A DNA stretch of 57,181 nt, counting the filler, from Basidiobolus ranarum (lineage: Eukaryota), in the NCBI GenBank assembly GCA_040143965.1. It is 6 parts of 6 records of this genome, joined end to end, with 100 filler letters (N's around TTAATTAATTAA, not from the genome) between each part and the next. Parts side by side here need not be neighbours in the genome. Positions count along the whole stretch, not along the records: positions 9,567 to 19,029 come from JASJQH010007699.1; positions 19,130 to 28,578 come from JASJQH010007700.1; 4 more parts are not named here. One strand, 5' to 3'. Position 1 is the first letter of the stretch. Every line of letters starts with the position of its first letter. This document shows, piece after piece, positions 13,895 to 24,600 of this stretch. Made by a program: the position numbers and the translations under genes. A model generated the notes under the pieces. It saw only the letters and a program-made list of their open reading frames with translations. It did not search any database and was not told the origin of the DNA.

Positions 13895-14499
13895 AGTCAA
13901 TATTTCAATTTATAGTTGGCACTTTGATTTGTAACAATAACGTTGGTGACCACTTATATAAACCTTTCAACTACATATTTGATCTATTTAACTTCATCGC
14001 CCCGGTGTTCCCAAGGATGCAACGTCATAGGACGCACAAATATCTTACAAATCAACTATTTATGCATCATCTACTCGCATATTTCAAATGGAACACTGCT
14101 GAACATTTCGGGTAGTTTGATAGAAGGTGAGGTAACAGTCAGGAACCACACAAGTGGAATTTGTTATCAGATCTTTCAGTTTAGGAAACCCTATGAGTTG
14201 ATCTGATAAAATCTATGCCTTAGGCTCTAGGCCTTATATATGACACATTACAGGGTTGCATAAGAATGGAATACTTGTCCTTTATGGGCTGATCCTTTTT
14301 GCTGGCATTATTGGTGCAATAGGAAGCAGGATTATTGAGACCATTGATAATACAAATCTATACTTCCAAATAAGATTGCACAGTTCTCAAATTGGTCGAT
14401 TGGATGCTTTTAAATCACAACGCTAGAGGCATGTGTAACTGTAAATTCTATTCAAAAAGCTTGCTCTCTCCGAAGACTAGTCTTCTATAGTAGGTCAAT

Positions 14500-15571
14500 A
14501 TGGACTACATTCTATTGATTACCGATGAATACGCTTTCGACAAAGTTTACCAAACCCTTAGCTATGTGGGTCTTCCTATCCTTGGTCGTCATGAACTACT
14601 TCGTCAGTTCTGTAGCTTAATGTTCATTTCCTGCTTTGGAGCTTATGCAATCTACATGATATTTTCCACCCTTTCTTTCTATTTGCTATTTGACAAAAGA
14701 CAAATGAATCACCCGCGTTTTCTCAAAAATCAAATACAACTAGAGATCAAAATGGCCACTGATTCTATCCCAACCATGGCGCTTTTAACTGTACCGTTCT
14801 TTATTTTCGAAGTTCGTGGATACTCTCTACTTTACGAGGATGTGGAAGAATACGGCTGGGCCTATTTGATTTTTAGCATATTCTTATTCCTTTTCCTCAC
14901 AGACTTTGGCATATATTGGATTCATCGTGCATTGCATCATAAATCTGTTTACGCAACTATTCACAAGGTATGTTAACGATAGATGCAAATCTGCAAGCAA
15001 CAGAGTTCACTCACCATGTTTCTCTAAACTCTAGCCTCACCATAAATGGATTGGTATGTACAGTGTTGATGCTATTATGCTTTATAGTCTAGTACTTATC
15101 TATTTACTTAGTTCCTACGCCGTTTGCTTCCATCGCTTTTCATCCTATCGACGGCTGGGCGCAATCTCTTCCATATCATATTTGCGTGTTCTTGTTTCCG
15201 ATGCACAAGTTCCTTTATCTTGTATTATTCATGCTTGTTCAGATCTGGTCGGTTTTGATTCATGATGGTAAGTGGTTCATTATTTGTCGAAGGTTTTCAA
15301 GCAGTCCAACTCACTTGTAATCCTAGGAGAATATTTTACACATGATCCATTGATCAACAGTGCCGCTCACCATACAATACATCATCTGTATTTCAACTAC
15401 AATTATGGGCAGTACCTCACCTTGTGGGATCGAATTGGTGGTTCTTATCGTAAACCGAATGAAGAAATCTATAACATAGAACTCCGAGGTACCAAGAAAG
15501 TTTACTCCAAACAAGCGGAAGAAGTGGACACCATGGTAACTGCTTTGGATAACAAGTCGAAATCTTGTTGA
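14500..15571 (+). CDS. ERG3: C-5 sterol desaturase (Erg3/SC5D), 3 introns
   Basis: HPRFLKNQI, His boxes [17 protein letters not shown] and [31 protein letters not shown]. Confidence 0.95.
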
Positions 15572-15621
15572 ATACAATGAGTACATACGATTTCCCGACT
15601 TTTATTGCTGCTTGAAATTGA

Positions 15622-16096
15622 TCACTTCAGTCGTTTCTCATGGGCCCTCTTTCTCTTTACACTTGTATTCTTACCGGATGGGTATTTCAGAATTTTGCAT
15701 GCTAATATTGAAATATTTACCACACTTCTTTTCTTATCATTTAAGTAATCATTCGAATAAAGAATCCAGGAAAGATTCAGAAGTTTTATCAACCAAGACC
15801 CATAAAACCTTAGAGTTATGGTTTATGAATTAACCATAATAAAAGAAAGCTTTATTTACATTTCCATCTAATAATCAAGATTCACAAATGTCACGGTGAA
15901 AGTACTGAATATGAACTTAAGAAATTGGATGCCCATTCCACTTGAATATTCTCCCTAATCATACTGTAGGTGGCTCCAATGGCTCCGATTGATCAGTATT
16001 TATCGCTCGAAGCGAGAGTTGGTACATGATTATAAGGATTAATACCATTGCCAATATTATATAACACATGTGTCGTTTGTGTGGTACTGAAACCAT
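15622..16096 (-). pseudogene. Candidate small spliced gene or pseudogene with an N-terminal signal anchor
   Basis: ATG at 16096 begins MVSVPHKRHMCYIILAMVLILIIMYQLSL. Three possible ~50-nt GT-AG introns (15916-15964, 15809-15859, 15670-15720) keep one frame to TGA at 15622, with one internal TAG (15868-15870). AATAAA lies just downstream. Confidence 0.3.
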
Positions 16097-17027
16097 ACGA
16101 GTTAAACGATGAGTAGTTCCTCGAAAGCGTGTTCCAAACGAACTAAAAGAGTTTCCCTTGTTATAGAAAGAAATTAGTGAGATGCGTATATAAACACTTG
16201 ATGTATGAACGGGGAAATGGCGGCCAGCTATCGTCATTATCACTCTATTTTATAACGTACCGTTTCATCAACCAGGAGATTTTGTCCCTCTACTTCATCA
16301 TAAATGTTCGTAGTGATCTAAAATATGCAAAGAAAGAAAAGAAATATAGGTTAGCTCTTGTTGAATACTGGTTATTTGAAAAAGAAAAGGGTATATCTAC
16401 TCGATGCAAAGCTGATACTTTAGAGGAAAGTTCTTGAAGTCTTATGTCATTTTGTTGCTCAACAAGATGAGCATCCGCTTGCTTTCTAGCATCATCCGTG
16501 TTACCGAATGGACTTTTTCTCGAATTTTCCCCCCTATTGACATGTATATACTAAGTAACACAGAATAGAATATAAAAATAATAGCAAGTTCGTTTCTTAC
16601 CAGTTGGACATAGAGAAGCTATAAAACTTGGTAGTAAGTTATGGTATGTAACTGGGTCTACGTAGCTGAATTCTTATTAGAGTCTGGAAACATGTCAATT
16701 TTAGTAGATATTTCCTAAATTCAATCAACAATAAATGCTTCTGATATCGGATCCAATCACTCGATAAAATCCAACATAATGTGCGAGAAAGTTTGAAGTT
16801 TTAATATCTCTTGAAATCACTTGATCAAGAATATAAATTGTCAATATAATTATTCACTACAGGAAATTAAAAATAAAATAAAGAAATCTCATGGAATCGT
16901 ATGACATGAAACTAATAGAATGATTAGCATTAGTAGTATGCTTTCGATATAATATTTTCTTAAACAAGATAAACCTTGAAGAGTGAGAGGCTTGAATGGA
17001 GCAATAGCAAAAGTCCTCCGTCACAAG

Positions 17028-17942
17028 TTAATATCTTCTTAGAGGCTTAGCTATGGAACAACCAGAAGGTAACTGAAGAAGTGGGCGAGGCTGTAGCAGT
17101 CTATTAGTCGTGTCAGCCTCGATGTGATTGTTACCATAAGATATGTCAACCCCTTACTTCGTCTCAATTCTGGTTGAAGGCTTCCGTAGTGCTTGAGCCT
17201 CTTCTGTTTCCATTACTTTGCCCATTTTTTCGATCTGAGATTTTTGTGTATCAGATGTGGAATACAATTCAAGAGTTTTTTCTTCCTTTGGACTTGATAT
17301 GACAGGTTCTTCCACTGACACCTCGATTAATCTTGCATGGCCAAATTGAACCTCCTTGTTCTCATTCATTGGAAGGCTGTGCAATTCCTGAATCTCCTCA
17401 CGCTTCATACATTTACTCTTTTCTTTGATTCTAGAATTTGGCATGGCACTGTTGGCATTCCCATTTTGCTTTTGGCCTACGCTCCAAGCTGTAACACCTT
17501 GTTCACTAATCTCAATTAGACCATCATCAGATATCTCAGTGACATTTTCATCCTCAAATTGGCCTTTTTTGTTGATCATTCGGTTGCCTATCCACTAGTG
17601 AGGTTCCACATTGTTTATAGGCTGATTTTGAATGGTGCCTATTTTCTCATCTTGAGAAATTGATGTCTCATCAACTTTAATCCCTCTCTCCAAATCATTG
17701 GGTCGAGTTGGCATTTGAATCTCCTCATTCTCCATCTGAGGTACTTTAGGTTGAATCTCCGATTACGTCTTGGTTACTAGCATGTTTGTGGATGCCGTTT
17801 CTTCTGAGTTCAAGGGTCGAGAGGATTGTTGTAATGGAGAAACGACAGCTGCATTAGCACCAGAAATATCAACTGATGGTCCAGAAATAACACTAGTTTG
17901 TGGATTTTTATCACTCAAAGTAATACCTGGCTTTTGGGGCAT
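17028..17942 (-). pseudogene. Acidic low-complexity coding-like frame with three in-frame stops, fused to the Fanzor C-terminus
   Basis: ORFs 17763-18338 and 17154-17579 are in the same frame. Reading through the stops at 17763, 17595 and 17154 gives continuous E/Q/S/N-rich sequence to 17028. Confidence 0.55.
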
Positions 17943-19029
17943 AAATCGGTCAGGACGGGTACCTTTTTCTCTAAGCGAAGTTAAGATGTGACGGAAATTA
18001 AGTACTGCAGCAAGGTCTCGGTTCCAAAGTCGTCTAATGCTACTGGCTGGCGCGGTCTTCAAACAATTTTGGTTTGTGTACCTATTTGACGAAACAGCAT
18101 CTTCTCCGAATTTCCTCTTCAAACTGTTTGCTAATTCTTGGTCAAAATGTAGTCTATTAATTTTGTTAGAGAACTTTATTTTTCTGAAAGGTAATGCCAG
18201 CTTGTGCTTGATAGTGTCTGCCAATTCATCTACCATTTTACGGCGATATTCGTACTCTTTCTTGAAAGTTTCTTCAGAGCTGTTTAAACAATTGGCAGCT
18301 TCCTTTACCAAGGCATCCAATCTTTGCTTCTCGTTCATATTAAGTTCTGAAAAAGTATGTTTATCTTGAAGGACAGCATGAATGCGATTAACAGATAGTT
18401 TGTAATTGCTTAGCTTGGCGACTGCTTAAAGTGCCTCTTCTGGCAGTACTAAAGCTCTGTTTGAGTATAGACATACCGACTCCGTCTGTTTCAATGGTCC
18501 TTTCAAACTTCATTGTCTTTGCATTTTGACTTTTAATATCTTTACAGTTTAGATTAACGACACTACCCCAAATATCGACCTTGTTTCCAGTGAAATTCTA
18601 GTTTTTCAATATATGATAGTTCAAGATCTTAGTATCTGTTCGCAGTGGGAAGCAGTTAAACGATTTCATATTAATATCTTCACATATAAAATGCGCGTAA
18701 ATGCTGCTGCGGGTTTGCTTTGGCGTCGTAGTAAACAGAGTTCTTTGCAAACTTTTAAATGTCTGGGTAAACATCCAAAAAGTTTTGAATTTGATGCACA
18801 GCCCTGTCATCCAAGAAATTTGCTGGAGATATTTCCGCTTTAATCTTATCGCAAACATCAAGTATATTGGCTTTGATTGAAGTTTTTATTTCCTCTTTTG
18901 AGTAGCGGTTGTTTTTCATATCTTGAGTCAGCTTCTTGATCTCTTTTTTTCGTAAAACCTTGTTTAGAAACATTCTGAGACGATTTCGAAAGTGAAGAGC
19001 TACATTATTAATGTAGGTGGTATGAATCT
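17943..19029 (-). mobile_element. Degenerate Fanzor (eukaryotic TnpB-like RNA-guided endonuclease) pseudogene, 5'-truncated by contig end
   Basis: Motifs in the order typical of fungal Fanzor/TnpB-like proteins: TYINNVALHF, YYDAKANPQQHLRAFY, KSFNCFPLRT-DTKILNYHIL, IWGSVVNL, FERTIETDGVGMSILKQ, LPFRKIKFSNKIN...LKRKFGEDAV, TNQNCL...RLWNRDLAAVLNFRHIL...RPDRF. Stops at 18755 and 18598, frameshifts and internal deletions. Confidence 0.85.
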
Positions 19030-19129
19030 NNNNNNNNNNNNNNNNNNNNNNNNNNNNNNNNNNNNNNNNNNNNTTAATTAATTAANNNNNNNNNNNNNNN
19101 NNNNNNNNNNNNNNNNNNNNNNNNNNNNN
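19030..19129. other. Artificial contig-joining linker
   Basis: Same N44-TTAATTAATTAA-N44 structure. Confidence 0.98.
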
Positions 19130-21316
19130 AACTTAGACCATCTCAAAAACCTTTGAAGTCCCCCAGAGACCACTTTACTCTCTTGATTCGGCCCATGTAA
19201 GAGTAAACAATGAAGCAATTTAGGTTATTAAATCTCCCAAGTTTCATGCGATGAAAATGAGACTGCAATCAATGCTGTGAATTCCATCGTTAAATTAATT
19301 TGTAAATTCAATCTAAGCTCTGCTGATTTTCTCATTTCTATCTTATGCACCATCAAACCATTAGTGGCTGTTACGATGGCACCAACTGGCATTCTCATAC
19401 TTTGATTTGTGTGACAAAATTAATTCACCCTGCAGCGTCGAATCCCATGCAAGAGTTGTCGAGTAGAGCAAACCCTGTAGAATTCTGTTAACTTCAACCC
19501 ACCCTAGAGGAGGAAAGATGATTGGTTGTGAAACGTGGGTATCTTGAGTGTGTCCGATTTCTGTCATGGATGGGGCTCTACTATATTGACCGTCACCAGT
19601 GCACCTACCATCATCAAAACTACTGGACTTAGTTATTTGACATCTTCAGTGTGATAATTTCCAATTGTGCTTAAGAAGGTAGTTTCAGATATACCAGCCA
19701 AGTAGCGTCAAGTATGTTAATCTGATGTAAAGGTTCAATCCCTCACTGAAGAATGATCGTGTGATGCACAAAAGCAATCTAGTATCTATCACTCATCAAA
19801 ATCATCAGGTTCAAGAGAAATTACCTAGTCGAAGCATCGTAATGATTCTAAACTTAATCAAGGAAATTCACAGTCCCTGGAAACTGATCATCTCCCAAGC
19901 TATTGTTTAATGGATATTAGCTCCTCTTATATGATGAATCATTTACAAGCAGCTGTACACGCACCAGAGTAATTGGAAATTACCTACAATCATGATATAG
20001 CCTCAGTTGCATTTGGAGAGTGCAATTGATGCGGAAGGTAATTTAGAAATGCTTGTTGACATTACTCCAAATTAGTTGGCTTTGAATCAGCTTAGCAAAG
20101 AAACATGCAAGATAGTTTAATTTGAGAAGCTACAGAGCGCATATTGAAAGTCTCTAATAGCAGTATTTATGAGCCAAACTTGAGATAATTAGATGAGGTG
20201 GTAGCTTGCCCTTTAGCATATTCACCTTGGTTAGCAATATCACATAGAATTGAGTTAATATTAGGCTGTGTGAATTGACGAAGGTTCAAATGCCGTATCA
20301 GATGTATTCGGAATCTTTTCAATAAAGTGTAAATTAATATGAGTCACTTCATCACACAGAAAAACAGCTCTTTATGGTTATCCCTAATAAACCGATACCT
20401 ACTTTATGAACGGGAACCGGTAGAACAAGCCAAGGGAGAAGGCGACTTGAATCATCAGATATAGGCCTTGGCGTGTAACAATAGGAACAATAGACGATAA
20501 GATATAACCGGTCCTGACGCCAAGTTGATTAGTACCATGCTCTAAATGCTAGAAAAGGAATGTTTGCTGTTAAAACCAAGCCACAACATATTGCTACGAT
20601 AAGAGCGCATGCATACGATTTACCAACTCTTCATTCGTATTGCAAGGGTCATGTGAAATAGCAAGTGTACACAATGGTAACATTAGACCTCCCCTATTCA
20701 GATTTCTGGATTCACAAACACATGGCAAGTTCACATCGGAATCATAGCGCTGTGTTCCATTGACATATATTATGGACATTGAAATTTAGTGTATAAAAGT
20801 AGAAGTGCCAAACACCTTACTTAGAATAATCCTCTGCATTGGAGACTATGAGTACAAGTGTATGTTCCATCCACATCTACATCATATGATATCACTCGAA
20901 GCGCTATCGCCTACTCGCCTGCATAACATTGGTAATTTATCTTAAACTGTACTCATTGAAATCGTGGCAATCGCTGGCAAATAGTTTATGCTAAGTAAAA
21001 TAGCTGAAGATCAAGGTTATCTTTGGGGGTACATGAATTTTGGCCTGCCCAATACTATTCAGCCAGAGATTTTCACAGCATCCATGTTTGTAATTTTTAC
21101 ATTTCATTTATTTATCTTACACGGGCCTCAGAAGTGAAATCACCTTGGGATGATTTGGAATTATGCAGAGGTTTTCAAAACTTGATATTATGTTATGGGA
21201 GGATGAGTTTGTATGTAACATGGTCGTTTCTACAAGCGACTATTTACAGAAGATGCTGTGCTGTGTACTACTGATCTTCACCAATGCAGTTCCTTTGCGT
21301 GTCCTCAAAGGAAGTA

Positions 21317-21520
21317 TTATATCAGCCATTGACTTTGACCCATTCGTTTAGACTCTAGAATATGGCTAGGTGAGCTTGGGAAATGATATTTGTCCATTAT
21401 ATGACAGACTCGCTTCGTTGGCAAGATGGGAGTACGATCATAGGCTTCTCGACCGTGAGTTTCGCATATTTTGACGAATCGAGAGAATTTCACAGTTTTT
21501 GTGCTGTTATCATCGTTCAT
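21317..21520 (-). CDS. Candidate 67-aa protein phosphatase 1 (PP1)-binding microprotein
   Basis: KTVKFSRFVKICETHGREAYDR matches the RVxF-hydrophobic pair-YDR docking string; an upstream TATA box is on the same strand. Confidence 0.55.
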   Translation of the reverse strand: MNDDNSTKTVKFSRFVKICETHGREAYDRTPILPTKRVCHIMDKYHFPSSPSHILESKRMGQSQWLI

Positions 21521-21625
21521 TATAGATACTATGTAATGGAGAATGCTACTTGAATGGATTATTCTTAGTGAGAAGGATGGATGAAGTCGTCTATTTTCTG
21601 AATCTACCTGAGTGACTACGTCGCC

Positions 21626-21635
21626 TATTTATATA
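21626..21635 (-). promoter_or_regulatory. TATA box (TATATAAATA) upstream of the microprotein ORF
   Basis: Consensus TATA ~105 nt upstream of the ATG at 21520, on the minus strand. Confidence 0.45.
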
Positions 21636-24600
21636 TTCCAGGCTGGGTTGAACTTTCTCACTATTGCTTGGCCAACGATAATGCTCAAGTGTAGCCCATC
21701 AATATAACCAGGATTTCTCAGCGATGTTAGATACCATATTCAGCAATCTACTTCTCGATATTTGATGGATTGAATTGGATGTAAACGATACCGTACGCAG
21801 CCATATCCACCAATATTATTATGCGCCTTGATATGGATTCCAGAACCTAAGCGGTATTTTCAAGAAGAGGCAGCAAGGCCAAGAATTGTGGCACATCAGA
21901 TATTTGGTGTGTATCCCAAATTAGAATTCACAGACACAATTAGTATCATGGCCAATTTAAAGAGACAATCATCAAAGTTTGCTAAATAGAAGATTCTTTT
22001 GATTGATGTGATTCCATTGGAACCGAATGTGAGGGTAGGTTGCAAATGATTGGACCAGCACTCAGCCATTCCGTCATGATGATAAGATCAATTAAAGAAG
22101 CTTATTGAATATATTGAACTCCATGTCTTATGTCCAGCAAATATTCGGCCGTGTAACTTGGCATTTAAACTCCAATCTACGTACCAATGATTGCGGCTGG
22201 CTAGCTAATTAGTCTACGGGATATAGGCGAGGCTGTGGATGAATTCGCATTCAACAATGACATTGTTACTGGCATATCACATCAATTTCCAATTTCGATG
22301 GTTTTAAGGTTTATGGCGATCAAACCGTTAATTGGGGCAATGATAGATCAAAGAGATGTCAACTGATTTGAGTGGTCATCATTACAGAGTAGATCATCGC
22401 CCTTCTCCAACTTTACTAAATGATCTGCGCTTGACTGTGGTTGTTTTTAACTCTCGACTGATTGATAGATACTACCGAGTATATCAGCATCATTTGGCAA
22501 CCCCTTGATTTTCTGACAACGTTGTATCCACGCCAGAATGGCGTATGTGCGATCTCTATCGGTCCTTACAATAAACCTTGCTTAGACTTACGCCCAAGTA
22601 ACATGACCAACAGAATACTTGGAGCTCATTTGGTTTACTCGAAAGCACTGCCAACTGCCAGACTTCGACAAATACCAGGCCCAAGTGGCATTGAAACCTC
22701 GATACGCCCATATAGAGTATCGACTACTCTCAACCTAGTTAACCACTACTCCGGATAACGATGCAGAATAACGTCAGCACTACATATTTAGACAGCTGCT
22801 GCCCACAAGATTATAGATTCTGATTGTCAATTTCAGCTAGGGCTCGTCCACTGGCAAGACCTTCATGCTATAGAGATTGCGTATGGTTATGGCATTAATT
22901 ACACCACTTTGTGCAGATCATATTTTCAAGTCATGTGAACTATGTGTGTGTCAGCCATAATCTTCCATACACAACCTATATTTCATGTCTAAACGAACAT
23001 CCGTACACGCTGAGCAAACAGCTGACTGCGAATCTAGGAGATGCCGCTGATTATAAAAATAAAAAATCAATTTATTCCTTGCATTTTCATTGGCTTAATG
23101 GTGGTGATGGATTGGCAAACGGCAAATGGCAAATGGTACTTACACACTTAAGAATATCTTCGAAAGTTTACCAAAATCTGAAGTTTCCCCAATTCATAGA
23201 AAATCCCGGGACAACCAATTCGGTCGATTCCAATTAATGCTAATGATCGACGACTTTGATCCGGTAGATAGTGTCGGTATGGTATCGGTAGTCTTCATAA
23301 AGGTAAGAATATAGATTCCATCTGGCTGGGATTATAAACTATTTTCAAATCTTGTCCTAATAAATGAGTTCTGAATTATCGAACCATTCTCATAAACTTG
23401 CCAGTTATGTATGGCGACTGTATACTGGACTATTTGATAGACTTCATGCCCTCAAAGGTACTTTTGTAGAAGGAAATTAGTTAATGACTTGAAAGACAGA
23501 ATCAGTAAATCACTCTGAGATGAAAGAAATCCTAAGCTATACTTTTCCTAGGCTTGATTGATATATGTAGCCATGAAGTGTCTCTTGGCTTATCCCTTCT
23601 GTTGGCAACTGTATGGATACATTTTGATCTTCAATCAAGTGGCAAACCCCATCTTGAAAGTGGCATAAAGCCTGAGGATCCATAGAAGGCTCTGTGAGAT
23701 GGAATACAGGCGGTTCACTGCAATAGAGTAAACATAGCAAAAAAAGCTCATGCATTCCTGTAGCAAATACCTGATTTATCGAGTGGGCTGAGTATTCCAA
23801 TGGTACAAGTGAAAAAAGCTCTAAATCTGAGCACCATTTACTTGGCTACTGCAAGTAATTTGACCTTTCTGGTGTTACGCCAGATAGGTGTTTGCCTTTA
23901 TTCTGACATCGCCAGCGATCTGCCAAATGCTGACAGATTAGCTAAAGTAAACGACTTTGGCCACTATGCACTATGTACTGACCGACTCACAAATAGTCTT
24001 ATGAAATGGCCTAAATAAATTACAATCTACATACATGAGCCTTCGATGCAATTTTGTCATTGTCAATGATGACAGCATCTTGGCTGCACGAGCGATCTTA
24101 AAACAGTAACGATCGCGGCATCGGTACATTGTTGACACTATACACATGCTTAAGGGAAGCTCGGAGTTGGGCATGTATCAAGCAATCCAACAGACCATAA
24201 TAGATCGAAAGCTATTTACCATCACCAACCTCCGGCACATGTCCGTATAATGCAGTGTTTAGAATAGAAACCAATTAAGAGCAACTAATAAATAGCCGTA
24301 TCCCAACGCCGTCGATTTCATGGAGAATTGAAACACCAAATATGAAGACGTAATTCAAATCCGAGGCGTTTATATTGGAAATGACTTGAAACTGAGTGTC
24401 TCTCCATGGCTTCGTGACCTGTATTCGTGAGCAATTAAAGCTCCTGTCTAGATAGGCTGATGAAATCAACTGGCTTTAATCTCTTGTTATCTTGAGCTGA
24501 TTGGACGTAATACTTCGGTCATAGACTCATTACATGCGTCAGATATGTAAAACTTGCATATTTCTTATCAAATCGCTCTCCATTTAGGGATTTGAATGAA

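Noticed and set aside
15120-15150. ERG3 PFASIAFHP instead of the common fungal PFASHAFHP as an inactivating change
   Set aside because: All three His boxes are intact, and plant homologs also have a hydrophobic residue at this position
17028-19029. Alternative genetic code (TAA/TAG read as Gln) explaining the in-frame stops
   Set aside because: Host genes terminate normally with TAA/TAG, and the element also has frameshifts and deletions, which indicates ordinary decay
19695-19750. tRNA-like sequence (GGTTCAATCC T-loop-like motif)
   Set aside because: Spacing to a possible A-box is too short, and no cloverleaf or acceptor stem can be formed
23113-23136. Short tandem repeat (GGCAAAY)x3
   Set aside because: Too short to distinguish from a chance microsatellite, with no associated structure
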